NCBI GenBank assembly: GCA_030390025.1
Contig: CM059430.1
Location: forward strand, 61,814,001-61,878,000
Direction of reading: 5' to 3'
From: Squalus acanthias
Lineage: Eukaryota
Length of the DNA stretch: 64,000 bases
Shown piece after piece: positions 11,661 to 26,024 of the stretch (positions are counted from its first letter, which is position 1; every line of letters starts with the position of its first letter). The notes under the pieces are model-generated. The model was not told where the DNA came from, searched no databases, and saw only the letters and a list, made by a program, of their open reading frames with translations. Made by a program: the position numbers and the translations under genes.

Positions 11661-13296
11661 TCTTATGTTCTTATGTTCTTAAACAAATCCAGACCCACAG
11701 GTGTCAAGATCAAGCTACACTCACCTCGAGAAAGATTTATATCCCCGCAGGCCAAACTTTTAATAAATTTAGTGCAGTTCAAACTGAATCTTTTCCTTTG
11801 CGGCTTCAAGTATTCACTACCCTCCACCACACCCCACCCCCAATACTTTTTGAATATATTTTGACACAAGTTCCTAAAGATCCACATACAGCATTATGAC
11901 TGCCTGCAATCTGACACTTACCGTACTACACACTGATTCTGAACATTTCAATTTGCTGCAGAAGATTATATTACTTACATACAGAAAATCTAAATTACAC
12001 TGAGCAAACACACAACAAATTGGACTGGCCCATAAACCAGTCAGATCATTTACATACCTAAAATGACATGGTACAAGACATACAGTTAAAAGAAAGCATT
12101 AGTGTTTGTGTAAAACAGGCAGGAGCTAACATCCCAAACAAAGTATAAATCCAAAGGTCAGAGTTCCAGAGCTGATCATAAACCAGGCCAAAATGTACAC
12201 GAGGCTGGAGTTGGACTAGAAAATTACGACTCCAAAGACGAGAGATAAAAACACTTCACGGTTCTACCATACAAACAGAAGCAGTAGAATCGGGTCAGTG
12301 ATTTTTTTTTTTATCAATCCATCAACTAGGTTTTCAGTTCTACATCCAATTACAAAATAAAGTAGAAGTCAAAATGAACATGGTGAAATAAAACAAAATA
12401 CACAAACTACAGCCATTAAAACCCTCAAAAATAAAGGCATTTGTCTATTTAATAAAGTAGGAAATGCAAACCATTACACACGAGCAGAAAGAAGATTTTC
12501 TTAAAAAAAACGCCAGTTAAGTTCCTTGGCTTCATTATTAATGTAGACGTCATTATTGGTGTAGAGTTGAACAGAATCCCAATTGAGCACCAGCCGAGTC
12601 AGGGCAGGTGCTGCAATATGCCACTGGGTTTGGTTTTAAGAACTGATTACAGTCCCTGGCTGATGAAAGCCACGCTACTGGCTCGGAGATGTTAAGGGAA
12701 ACTGGACCTACACGGCCATCATGATCTTGTGTCTTTGAGAAGTCCATCAACTTCAAATATAAATAAAATTAAACCTACAATTAAAAAAGTTAGAGAATTT
12801 TAGGTACATTGAAAAATGAGAGCAATCACTGCAATATGAAATAAACATGGTTTTCACCTTTAAACATGAACAATACAATTAACCCCAAGGGTATTATAAA
12901 GGATGGAATCCTTTTTAAGGACTGCATTGGCTGAATTAGGTCCCAGGCTCAAGGCTAACCAATTGTATACACTGAAGCAGCCAAGCTGACCTGAATTAAA
13001 ATCCCCGTGGTCAGTTACACTTTGCTCATAGGGAAGATTTAAAAGCGTCAACTAATTCCTGGCAGAAAACAAATTCCAATTCATAGCATAACAAATCATG
13101 AAACAAAAAGGTGGTGGGGGCCGGGACCCTTTGCTGGAGGTCTTCCTCGCACCCAGATAGAGCTCATGCAAAAACTCCAACACTTTAATGGACCAGAATT
13201 TACTGAAAAAATAACAGTGTGTGAACAACACACGCTGTTAATGTGCAAATTGGCCAGCAACTTATGGCGAGGAAGTGATATCGCTTGAATTGTGAA

Positions 13297-14400
13297 TCAT
13301 AAGAGCATAAGAATTAGGAGCAGGAGTAGGCCATACGTCCCCTCAAGCCTGCTCCGCCATTCAATAAGATCATGGCTGATCTTCGACCTCAACTCCACTT
13401 TCCCGCCCGATCCCCATATCCCTTGTTTGCCCTAGAGTCCAAAAAGCTCTCTATCTCAGCGTTGAATTAAAAACAACTCAGCATCCACATCCCTTTGGAG
13501 TAGAGAATTCCAAAGATTCACAACCCTGTGAAGAAATTCCTCTTCATCTCAGTCCTAAATGGCTGACACCTTATCCTGAGATAATGACCCCTAATTCTTG
13601 ACTTTCTAGCCAGGGGAAACAACCTCTCAGCATCTACCCCATCAATCTGCCTCATAATCTTATGTTTCAATGAGATAATCTCTCATTCTTCTAAAGTCCA
13701 GCGAGTATAGGTCCAATCTACTTAATCGCTCCTCATAGGACAAACCTCTCATCCCAGGGATCAATCTATTGCATCTTCATTGTACCGCCTCCAAGGCATG
13801 CATGTCCTTTCTCAGATAAGGAGACCAACTGTGCACTGTATTCCAGATGTGGTCTCAAAGCCCATTACAATTGTAGCAATCATTCCTTACTCTTGTATAC
13901 CTACCCCCTTGCAATAAAGGCCAACATGCCCTTTGCCTTCCTAATTGCTTGCTGTACCTGCAGGCTAACTTTGTGTTTCCTGTACAAGGACACTTAAATC
14001 TTTCTTGAACACTTACATTTAATTGTTTCTCAACATTAAAAAATACTGTTTTTCTATTCTTCCTACCAAAGTGAATAACCTCACTTTATACTCCATCTGC
14101 TGACTTATCGCCCATTCACTTAACCTGTCTATATCCCTTTGCAGGCTCTTTGTGTTCTCCTGACAGCTTACTTTCGCACCTAACTTTTAATATCAGCAAA
14201 CCTGGATACATTGCACTCGGTCCCTTCATCTAAGTCATTAATATAGATTGTAAATAGCTGAGGCCCAAGCACTAATCTTTGCGGCACCCCACCATTTACA
14301 GCCTGCCAACCTGAAAATGACCAGTTTATCCCTACTCTCTTTTTTGTCTGTTAACCAATCCTCGAGCCAGGCTAATATATTATTCCCAATGAGCCCTTAT
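13297..14400 (-). mobile_element. CR1 LINE, 5'-truncated
   Basis: RT C-terminal half and tail on the minus strand. Confidence 0.85.
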
Positions 14401-14534
14401 CTTGCATCGTATTCCCATTGGTGGCGTTTGAATGCGCAGGTTTACTCTGAATTTAAATGTGATAAGGTGAACAGAAAGGTTTTTCTAACTCTCTGGGTTG
14501 GATGACGATAGGCATTTCCAAGAAGGCTCACATG

Positions 14535-15337
14535 TGACGTTATCCACATTGGTAAGAAAAACAGAAAGGCAGAGTATTATTTCAATGGTGATAGATTGGG
14601 AAATGTTGATGTACAGAGGGACTTGGGTGTCCTTGTACATCAGTCACTGAAAGCAAACATGCAGATGCAGCAAGCAGTTAGGAAGGCAAATGGTATGTTG
14701 GCCTTCATTTCAAGAGGATTTGAGTACAGGAGCAAGGATGTCTTACCACAGTTATAAAGAGCCTTGGTGAGACCACACCTGGAGAACTCTGTGCAGTTTT
14801 GATCTCCTTACCTAAAAGGATATACTTGCAATGGAGGGAGTGCAGCGAAGGCTTACCAGACTGATTCCTGGGATGGCAGGACTTTCGTATGAGGAGAGAT
14901 TGGGTCGACTAGGCCTGTATTCACTAGAGTTTAGAAGAATGAGAGGGAATCTCATGGAAACGTGTAAAATTCTGACAGGGCTAGACAGACTGGATGCAGG
15001 GAGGATGTTTCCCCTGGCTGGGGGGTATAGAACGAGGGGTCACCGTCTCAGGATATGGGGTAGGACATTTAGGATTGAGATGAGGAGAAATGTATTCACT
15101 CAGAGGTTGGTGAACCTGTGGAATTCTCTACAACCGAAGGCTGTTTTGTGGCCAAATCACTGAATATATTTATGAAGGAGATAGATAGATTTCTGGACGC
15201 GAAAGACACCAAGGGGTATGGGGAGAGAGCGGGAATATGGCATTGAGATAGAGGATAAGCCATGATCATATTGAATGGTGGAGCAGGCTCGAAGGGCCGA
15301 TTGGCCTACTCCCGCTCCTATTTTTCTATGTTTCTAT
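14535..15337 (+). mobile_element. CR1 3' end, part of the left arm of the inverted duplication
   Basis: EGVQRRLTRLIPG... frame; its tail/flank junction is the reverse complement of 18015-18050. Confidence 0.88.
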
Positions 15338-15719
15338 ATAACTCAGTATCCATCCCATCGTCTTCCTCAGCCTTTCCCCACAAACGAAAATGTTGTCCAA
15401 TTCACCACACTTGTTGCGCTTTCCAACCATAGTTACAATGTGAGTTCTGTTTTCTCCCCAGCCTGCTGTTCCTGAGGTGGTTAGAGGGCGACCTCATAAT
15501 ATCACTAAAGGAGAAGAACTACTCAAAATCTCCTCCATGATCGCCTCCCACCTGCAGCTCGAAGGTGCAACACACTGTAACAAGGGATAACTTTAATTAG
15601 CAGCACCCCTCCTTAAAAAGTTACAATAATGGGGAAATTCAATTTCAAAATGCGTCACTTTAGCTAAATTATGTTTACGTTTTAACTAACTGGCCAGAAA
15701 ATACATTTCGAGATCCCGC

Positions 15720-16160
15720 TTGTTCAGCGGAAAAGTGTTATCCACCCTTTTGTTTGGCCTTTCTTTTCTTCCCTCCCAGAAGCTGGCAGCTGTCCTTCAT
15801 TCCGGCAGCGCATTTCACACTTCATCTAGAGCCATCCTTTGTTCTTCTACCTGTCACATTACCACCTCCTCCTGTCTTGAATATCTCTTAATGTCTCTCA
15901 ATGTCTCTCAATCTCTCCTGCTTTCTATCCTATCAGTGACCTTCACTTTTGTTCTTTCATCCCCTACCCCTTTTTCCCAGCCGTATACTTGCTTTAAAAT
16001 CTATTTCATTTCCTGCTTTTTTCCAGTTGTGACGAAAGGTCTTCGACCTGAAACGTTAACTCTGTTCCTCTCTCCACGGATGCTGGCTGGTCTGCTGAGT
16101 TTATCCAGCGTTTTCTGTTGTTATTTCGGAGTTCCAGCATCCGCAATATTTTGCTATCCT
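15720..16160 (+). mobile_element. Penelope-like element terminal fragment with degenerate hammerhead-like motif
   Basis: Present in one inverted-repeat arm only. Contains gTGACGA-a-aggtc-ttc-gacct-GAAA-cgtt followed by gatgctg...ctgctgagt...tccagc. Confidence 0.6.
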
Positions 16161-19100
16161 GTCCATGGAGGAACTTCGTGCAAGGGATCTGACCAATTTC
16201 ACAGTAGTAGAAGTGTAGGCGAAAAAAATAAAGCGCCAGTATTTAGAAGAATACGCCTAATGTTTGTTCTAAATTTTGTATAATGTCGATAATTATGAAG
16301 AATTGATCAGATATAGCGTCTTCAGGCGAAGCCATTGTACATTCTAGATGTTAAGAAATGTTACAGCGCAAATAGGTTAGTTGCGGATGAATGTGAACAT
16401 TACGCGTATGCGGCGTTTTCGCAGGATGTTGCAATGAGCAGAGCTAAACTTAACACTTGAACTGCTGCTGTGTGGAGCTGAATTGATGAGCCACATTCTT
16501 TATTTAGCTCGAGAACGTGATGAAGAAATCGAATGGAAAAAATAACTTAATTATAGGTATACAGTTTCTGAAAATGTACTCCAAGTGTTCAGATTATGTC
16601 AAAGCGGAACATTTGTTATTGCAATTAAAAACAGAAACATCGCAATACCTTATGTTCCCCTGTGACATAATCCGAAAACTTGAACTACATTTTAAGCAAC
16701 TGTTTACCTACATTTACGTTATTTTTTCCATTCGATTTCTTCATCTAATAGTAACCATAGAATCGTAGAAACATAGAATCTTACAGCAAAGAAGGAGGCT
16801 ATTCTGCCCGATGTGCCATTGCCGGCTCTTTAAAAGAGCTGTCCATTTTAGTCCCGCACCATAGCTTCTTCCTGATAATCCTGCAAATTAGTCTTCTTCA
16901 AGTACATCTCCAATTTCTTTTGAAAGTTCTTATGGAATCTGCTTCCACCACTCCTTCAAGTAGTGCATTCTGGATATTAACAACATCTGTATCAAAATAA
17001 TTCTCCTAATTTCCCTTCCTGTTCTTTTGCCAATTAATTTGCCATTAATCTGTGAGCTCTGGCTACCGAACTAATTGTTTCAAATTGGAGAATATATAAT
17101 TGGGGTACTGATTAATTTAATAACCCGATACCGGAATATAACGTAATCAGATATAGCAGCGTGAAATGTCTGTATGTTCGATTTATCACGTAGTCTGATG
17201 AAACCTAAGGAAATAGCGAAGGCTTTGACCGTGTGGTTTTTGCAGTACTTAAACATGTTCGGAAATAGTGACACGAGCGCATCACGTTCTCGAGCTAAAT
17301 AAAGAATGTGGCTCATCAATTCAACTCCACACAGCAGCAGTTCAAGTGTTAAGTTTAGCTCTGCTCATTGCAACATCCTGTGAAAGCGCCGCATACGCGT
17401 AATGTTCACATTCAGCCGCAACTAAACGTCATATTTGCCCTGTAACATTTCCTAACATCTAGAATGTACAATGGCTTCGCCTGAAGACGCTATATCTGAT
17501 CCATTCTTTATATTGATCGACATTATACAAAATTTAGATGTTCTTCTAAATACTGGCGCTTTATTTTTTTCGCCTACACTTCTACTACTGTGAAATTGGT
17601 CAGATCCCTTGCACGAAGTTCCTCCATGGACAACACTGTTCCGGTGATCATGCGGGATCTCGAAATGTATTTTCTGGCCAGTTAGTTAAAACAGTAAACA
17701 TAATTTAGCTAAAGTGACGCATTTTGAAATTGAATTTCCCAATTATTGTAACTTTTTTAAGAGGGGTGCTGCTAATTAAAGTTATCCTTGTTACAGTGTG
17801 TTGCACCTTCGAGCTGCAGGTGGGAGGCGATCATGGAGGAGATTTCGAGAAGTTCTTCTCCTTTAGTGATATTATGACGTCACCCTCTAACCACCTCAGG
17901 AACAGGAGGCTGGGTAGAGAACAGAACTGCACATTGTAACTATGTTTGGAAAGCGCAACAAGTGTGGTGAATTGGACAACATTTTGTTTGTGGGGAAAGG
18001 CTGAGGAAGACGATGGGATGGATCCTGGGTTACATAGAAACATAGAAAAATAGGAGCAGGAGTAGGCCAATCGGCCCTCGAGCCTGCTCTGCCATTCAAT
18101 GATCATGGCTGATCCTCTGTCTCAATACCATATTCCCGCTCTCTCTCCCCATACCCCTTGATGCCTTTTGTGTCTAGAAATCTATTTATCTGCTTCTTCA
18201 ATATATTCTGTTACTTGGCATCCACAGCCTACCGTGGCAGAGAATTCCACATGTTCTCCACCCTCTGAGTGAAGAAATTTCTTCTCATCTCAGTCCTAAA
18301 TGTCCTACACCATATCGTGTGACTGTAACCATTCGTTCTAGAGCCCCCAGCCAGGGGAAACATCCTCCCTGCATCCAGTTTGTCGAGCCCTGTCAGAATG
18401 TTATACGTTTCAATGAGATCCCCTCTCATTCTTCAAAACTTAAGTGAATACAGGCCTAGTAGACCAAATCTCTACTCATATGACAGTCTTGCCAACCCAG
18501 GAATCAGTCTGGTGAGCCTTCGCTGCACTCCCTCTCTGGCAAGTATATCCTTTATTATGAATGGATACCAAAACTGCACACAGTACTCCAGGTGTGGTCT
18601 CACCAGGGCCCTGTATAAGTATAGTAAGACATCCTTGCTCCTGTACTCAAATCCTCTTGCAATGAAGACCAACATACCATTTGCCTTCCGAACTGCTTGC
18701 TGCACCTGCATGTTTGCTTTCAGTGACTGGTGTACAGGGACACCCAAGTCCCTCTGTACATCATCATTTCCCAATCTATCACCATTTAAATAATACTCTG
18801 CCTTTCTGTTTTTCCTACCGAAGTGGATAACTTCACATTTATCCACGTTATACTGCATCTGCCATGTATTCGCCCACTCACTCACCTTGTCTAAATCTCC
18901 TTGAAGCCTCTTTGCATCCTCCTCACAACTCACAATCCCACCTAGTTCCATGTCGTCAGCAAACTTGGAAATATTACATTTGCTTCCCTCAGCCAAATCA
19001 TTGATATTTATTTTGAATAGCTGGGGCCCAAGCACTGATCCTGCAGTACCCCACCAGTCACCGCCTGCCACCCCGAAAAAGAGCGATTTATTCCTACTCT

Positions 19101-19807
19101 CTGTTTCTTGTCTGTTAACCAATTTTCAAACCATGCCAGTATATTACCCCCAATCCCATGTGCTTTAATTTTGCACACTAACCTCTTATGTGGGACTTTA
19201 TCATAGGCCTTCAGAAAATCCAAATACTCCACATCCACTGGTTCTCCCTTATCTATTCTACCAGTTACATCCTCAAAAACTGCAGTAGGTTTGTCTAACA
19301 CGATTTCCCTTTCATAAATCCATGTTGACTTTGTCTAATCCCGTTGATTTTTTCTAAGTGTCCTGTTATCACATCCTTTATAATAGACTCTATTATTTCC
19401 CCTACTACTGATGTTAAACTAACCAGTCTGTAGTTCCCTGTGTTCTCTCGCCCTTCTTTTTTTTTAATAGTGTGTTTGCCACCCTCCAATCTGCAGGAAC
19501 TGTTCTATAATCTATAGAACTTTGGAAGATGACAACCAATGCATCCACTATTTCCATGGCTACCTCTTTTAGTACTCTGGGATGCAGATTATCAGGCCCT
19601 GTGGATTTTTCGGCTTTCAGTCCTATTAATTTCTACAGCACTATTTTTTTACTAATACTAATTTCCATTATTTCCTCCTTCTCACTAGAACTTTGGTTGC
19701 CTAGCATTTCTGGGAAGTTATTTGTGCCCTCTTCCATGAAGACAGAACCTAAGTCTTTGTTTAATTCACTTCCATTGCCTTGCTCCCCATTATAAATTCT
19801 CCTGTTT

Positions 19808-21120
19808 CTTTTTTTTATTCGCTTATGGGATCTGGGCGTCTCTGGCAAGGCCAGCATTTAGTGCCCATCCCTAGTTGTCCTTGAGAAGGTGGAGGTGAGC
19901 CGCATTCCTGAACTGCTGCAGTCCGTGTGGTGAACTTACTCCCACAGTGCTGTTAGGTATGGAGTCCCAGGATTTTGACCCAGCGATGATGAAGGATTCG
20001 TGATATTCTTCTAAGTCAGGATGGTGTGTGACTTGGAGGGGAACTTGGAGGTGGTGGTGTTCTCCTGCGCCTGCTGCCCGTTTCCTTCTAGGTGGAAGAA
20101 GTTGTGGGTTTGGCAGGTGCTGCCGAAGAAGACTTGGCGAGTTGCTGCAGTGCATCTTATAGATGGTACACACAGCAGCCACAGTAAGCCGGTGGTGGAG
20201 GGTGTGAATGTTTAAGGTGGTGGAAGTGGTACCAATCAAACGGGCTGCTTTGTCTTCGATGGTGTCGAGCTTCTTGAGGTTTGTTGGAGCTGTACTCATC
20301 CAGGCAATTGAAGAGTATTACATCACGCTACTTACTTGTGCCTTGTAGATGGTGGAAAGCCTTTGGGGAGTCAGGTTATGCGACATTCGCCGCAGAATAC
20401 CTAGCCTATCACCGGCTCGTGTTGCCACAGTTTTTATGAAGCTGGTACAGTTAATTTTCTGGTCAATGATGACCCCCAGGTTGTTGATGGTGGAGGATTA
20501 GGCGATGGTAATGCCGTTGAATGTCAAGCGAAGGTGGTTAGACTCTCGCTTGTTTGAGATAATTGACTGGCACTTCTGTGGCGCGAATGTTACCTGCCAC
20601 TTAGCAGCCCAAGCCTGAACGTCGTCCAGGTCTTGTTGTATGCTGACATGGACTGCTTCATTATCTGAGGAGTTGTGAATGGCGCTGAACACTGTACAGT
20701 CACCATTTCTGACCTTATGTTGGAGGGAAGCTCATTGATGAAGCAGCTGAAGATGGTTGGGCCTAGGACACTGCCCTGAGGAACTCCTGCAGCGATGTCC
20801 TGGGGCTGTGATGATTGATCTTCAATCACCACAACCATCTTCCTTTGTGCTAGGTATGACTCCAGCCGGTGGAGCCTTTTCTCCCTGATTCCCATTGACT
20901 TCAGTTTTACTAGAGCTCCTTGATGCCACACTCGATCAAATGCTGCCTTGATGTCAAGGGCAGTCACTCTCACCTCACCTATGGAATTCAGCTCTTTTGT
21001 CCATGTTTGGACCAGGGCTGTAATGAGGTCGGGAGCCGAGTGGTCTTGGCGGAACCCAAACTGGGCATCAGTGAGCAGGTTATTGGTGAGTAAGTGCCGC
21101 TTGATAGCACTGTCGATGAC
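19808..21120 (-). mobile_element. Second LINE family (CR1/L2/Jockey group), nested
   Basis: Reads LDIKAAFDRVWH, GVPQGSVLGP and KKLDTIEDKAARLIG; poly-A end at ~19810. Confidence 0.85.
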
Positions 21121-22096
21121 ACTGTAAGGGACCTACATTTGTCTTCACTAATCTTTTCTTTTTACATACTTGTAGAAGCTTTTACAGTCGACTTTTATGT
21201 TCCTTGCAAGTTTACTGTCATACTCTATTTTTCCCCTCTTAATCAATCTCTGGGTCATTTTTTGCTGAATTCTAAACTGCTCCCAATCATCTGGCTTGCT
21301 ACTTTTTCTGCCAACTTTATGTGACTCATCTTTGGATCTAATACTGTCCTTAATTTCTTTTGTTAGACATGGTTGGGCCTCTTTTCCTTTTGTGTTTTTG
21401 CTCCAGAAATGAATGTATAACTGTTGCAATTCATGCTTTCGTTCCTTAAATGTTAGCCATTGCCTATCTACCATCATGCCTTTTAATAAAGCTCCCCAAT
21501 CTATCATAGCCAACTCACTTCTCATACCTTCGTAGTTTCCTTTGTTTAGATTAAGGACCCTAGTTTCGGATTGGACTTCTTCACTTTCCATCTTATTGAA
21601 GAATTCGAACATGTTATGGTCGCTCTTCCCTAAAGGACCCCGCACAACTAGATTATTAATTAACCCCTTCTCATTGCACAATACCCAATCTAGGATAGCC
21701 TGTTCCGTAGTTGGCTCCTCAATGTACTGGTCTAAAAAAACTCTCGGACACACTCCAGGAATTCATCCTCTGCAGTATTATTGCTAATTTGGATTGGCCA
21801 GTCAATATGTAGATTAAAGTCTCCCACGCTAACTGTAGTACCCTTGTTACATGAATCTCTAATGTCCTGTTTGATGTTGTCCCCTACATTACCACTACTG
21901 TTTGAAAGCCTATAGACAACTCCCACCAATATTTTCTGCCCATTGGTGCTTCTTAGCTTCACACAGACTGATTCTACATCTTAATTTTCTGAGCCAATAA
22001 CCTTTCTCACTGTTGCTCTGATTTCATTCTTTATAAACAACGCCACCCACCTCCTTTTCCTTTCTGCCTGTCCTTCCTAAATATCGAATATCCATG

Positions 22097-24779
22097 AAAA
22101 AAGGGGGACCAAGAAATTGATAAAGAAAGTGAAAATGGAATATGAGCACAAACTAGCGAAAAATATAAAAACGGATTGTAAAAGCTTCTATAAGTATGTG
22201 AAAAGGAAAAGACTGGCGAAGGTAAATGTAGGTCCTTTACAGTCAGAGACGGGAGAATTTATAATGGGGAATGAGGAAATGGCGAAGAAATTAAATAAAT
22301 ACATTGGGCCAGATATTCGGCTCTCCGGATTCCTGCGGGTGCAAGCATCGCGTGCGTACTTACCTACCGCACCTGCCATTGTGCTTCAGGCCCACGAGGA
22401 ATTCGGCTCCTGGGCTTCCTGCAGCTGCTGGCGCGCAGTGCTCGTGTATCCCAGAGGTGCAGTTAGTTCGAAGCGTCCCCTGGGATCTTGTGGGCCATGG
22501 AGAGCCAATCGTAGCAGGGAATTTTCATTCATAGATTTGACAGCAATACTTGTCAAATCTATGAATAGAGATCAGACCCAAAACCACACAAAATGTCAAA
22601 TAAATTTAAAAAAAAATCACATTTTGAAAATAACTATAAATTACATAAATTAACTAATTAAACAAAAATATAAATTTTTGAAAAAATTAATTATACTTTT
22701 AACGGTGCTAAAAATAAACTTACCTTTCTTTAAAGTATGTAAAAAAGATAAACCTATTGAAAAAATGTTTAAATTGTACTTAATTAACCACTTACCTTGT
22801 TAAAAACAGGCCTTGTGCCTCCTTTTTAAATGTGCAGCTTCATGGAGAAACCTGAAAAAAAAAACGCGGTTCGTTGCGTGCGCGCTGCCTCTCCTGCGCA
22901 CGCGTTCGATCTCTGAACCCCTTCCTTCAGGGGAACGGAAGTTCCGGTTTCCAGCGCATGCGCAGTGCATGTGTGAAACCGGCACATCAGGTGGTCTTAC
23001 GGGTGAGTACACAATGCGTACTCACCCGTGGAGAGCCGAATTTTTGGCCCTTTGTTTCTGTCTTCACGGAAGAAGACACAAAACACCTCCCATAATACGA
23101 GAAAAGCAAGGGTGTGACGAGTATGAGGAACTTAAAGAAATTATTATTAGTAAAAATACAGTACTAGCAAAATTAATGGGACTAAAAGTCGATAAATTCC
23201 AAGTACCAGATGGCCTACATTCTAGGGTTTTGAAAGAGGTGTCCATTGGAATAGTGGACGCATTGGTTGTCATCTTCCAAAATTCTATAGATTTTGGAAC
23301 GGTTCCTGCAGATTGGAGGATAGCAAATGTAACCCCACTATTTAAGAAAGGAGGGAGGGAGAAAACGGTGAACTACAGATCTGTTACCCTCACATCAGTA
23401 GTTGGGAAATGCTGGAGTCTATGAAAAAGGATGCAATAACTGGGCACTTAAAAAGTAATAGTAAGATTGGGCAAAGTCAATATGGATTTATGAAAGGGAA
23501 ATCCTGTTTGACAAACCTATTGGTGTTCTTTGAGGATGTAACTAGTGGAGTAGACAAAGGGGAACCGGTAGATGTGGTGTATCTGGATTTTGAGAACGCA
23601 TTCGATAAGGTCCCACACAAGAGGTAGGTGAACTAAATTAGGGCACATGTGATTGGGGGTAATATACTGGCATGGATTGAGAATTGGTTAACAGACAGAA
23701 AACAAAGAGTAGGGAAAAACGGGTATTTTTCAGTATGGCAGGCTGTGACTAGTGGGGTACTGCAAGGATCAGTACTTGGGCCCCAGCTATTCGCAATCTA
23801 TATCAATGATTTGGATGAGGGGACTAAATGTAACATTTCCAAATTTGCTGATAATACAAAGCTAGGTGGCAGTGTCTGTTGCGAAGAGGATGTGAAGAGG
23901 CTTCAAGTGGATCTCGACAGGCTCAGTGATTGGGCGAGAACATGGCAGATTGAATATAATGTGGATAAATGTGAAGTTATTCACTTTGGTAGAAAAAACA
24001 GAAAGGCAGATTGTTTCCTAAATGGTGAAAGATTGGGGAATGCAGATGCTCAAAGGGACCTGAGCGTCCTTGTACATGGGTAACTGAAATTGAATGTGCA
24101 GGTGCAGCAAGCCATTAGGAAGGCAAATGGTATGCTGGCTTTCATTACAAGAGGATTTGAGTACAGGAGTAAAGAAGTCATACTCCAATTATATAGGGCC
24201 TTGGTGAGGCCACACCTGAAGTACTGTGTAAAATTTTGGTCTCCTTACCGAAGGAAGGATATATTTGCCACAGAGGGATTTCACGAAGGCTCATGAGATT
24301 GATTCCTGTGATGGTGGGACTGTCGTATGAGAAGAGATTGAGTAAACTAGGCCTGTTCTATCTTGAATTCAGAAGAATCAGAGGTAATCTCATTGAAGCA
24401 TACAAAATTATTACAGGGCTTGATAGGATGGATGCTGGGGAATCCTTCCCTTAGCTGGGGAGTCTATAACCAGGGCCCACAGCCTCAAGATAAAGGGTAG
24501 GCCATTCAAGACTGAGATGAGAAGAAATTTCTTCACGCAGAAGGTGGTGAATCTTTGGAATTCTCTACCCCAGAGGACTGTGGAGGCTCAGTCATTGGGT
24601 ATATTCAAAACAGAAGTCGATAGATTTCCGACTAGTAAGGGCATCAAAGGATGTCGCAATAGGTCCGGTGAATAGAGTTGAGGCAGAAGATCAGCCATGA
24701 TCTCATTGAATGGCAGAACAGGCTCGAAGGGCCGTATGGCCTACTCCTGCTCCTATTTCTTATGTTCTTATGTTCTTAT
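22097..24779 (+). mobile_element. CR1 LINE nested in the opposite-strand CR1
   Basis: Reads YLDFENAFDKVPH, GVLQGSVLGP and FADN; ttcttatg tail. Confidence 0.9.
22306..23050 (+). mobile_element. PIF/Harbinger-type MITE (~745 bp)
   Basis: TIRs gggccagatattcggctctcc and ggagagccgaatttttggccc, 3-bp flanks att/ttt, AT-rich core; cleanly interrupts a CR1. Confidence 0.85.
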
Positions 24780-26024
24780 TCAGCTCCTAGCTTTGGTCAC
24801 CCTGCAGCCATGTCTCCATAATCGCTATTATATCGTATCCGTTTGCATCTATTTGCGCTGTTAATAACATCCACTTCATTAGGAATGCTTCATGCATTCA
24901 GATAAATTGCCTTTAGATGTGTCTTTTTAACATTGTTAGACATCTTAACATTTTTTTGTCCTAATCTCCCATTTGTCTTCTAACCATTTGTTCTTACCCG
25001 GACCCTGTTTGTTAGTGCACTCTTTTGTTTGTACGCTCTGTCCCTTCTTGACACAATCTAGTTATCCTTACCCCAATCACTTTCCTGCACTGCTTCCTTG
25101 TCTTTTATCTTTAGCATTCTAGATTTCGCTCCAACGGGACCCTTCGCCCCCCTTATTTAGTTTAAAGCCCTATCTACCTCCCTAGTTATTCGATTCATTA
25201 GAACTCTGCTACCAGCATGGTTCAGGTGTAGTCCGTCCCAATGCAACAGCTCTCTCTTTCCTCAGTACTGTTGCCAGTGCCCCAAAATCGAAAACCACTT
25301 CTCCCACACTAATCTTTGAGCCACGCACTCATCTCCCTGATCCTATTGACCCTATACCAATTTGCTCGTGGCTCAGGTAACAATCCAGAGATTATTACCT
25401 TTGTGGTTCTGCTTTTTAATTTACTCCCTAGCTGATCAAACTCTCTCAGCAGAACCCCTTTCTTTGTCCTACCTATGTCGTTGGTACCTAGGTGGACCAC
25501 GACAACTGGATCTCCCCCTCCCACTCCAAGTTCTTCTCCAGCCCGGAGGAGATGTCCTTTACCTGGCACCGGGTAGGCAACAAAGCCTTCGGGACTCATG
25601 CTCCTGGCTGCAGCTAACAGTGTGTATCCCCCAAACAATACTGTTGCCTACAACAATCACCTTCCTTTTTACTTCACCCACTTGAACGGCTTCCTCTACC
25701 ACGGTGCCGTGGTCAGTTTGCTCATGCTCTCCGCTAACCCTGCACTTGTCCACAAGGGTTGCAAGCACCTCGAATCTATTGGACAAGTGCAGGGACTGAG
25801 GCACCTGCAATACTATCTCCGGGATCCCCGTACGTGCCTACCTCGCAATCACACCCTCCTGTCCCTGACCACGTGTCAACTCTAAAGTATTTAATCTAAG
25901 GGGTTTGGCTGCCTCCTGGAGCAAAAGGTCCAGGTAACTTTCTCCCTCCCTGATGTCTCGCAATGTCTTCAGCTCGGACTCCAGTGCCTCAAATCGGAGC
26001 TGAATTTCCTCGAGCCGCAGACAC

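Larger units (their letters stand above)
14535..18850. repeat. Inverted duplication: arms ~14535-16522 and ~17280-18850, spacer ~760 bp
   Basis: 15340-15719 is the reverse complement of 17652-18030, and 16161-16522 of 17280-17632. Confidence 0.9.

Noticed and set aside
15720-16283. 187-aa hydrophobic ORF
   Set aside because: Chance ORF across a pyrimidine-rich retroelement end.
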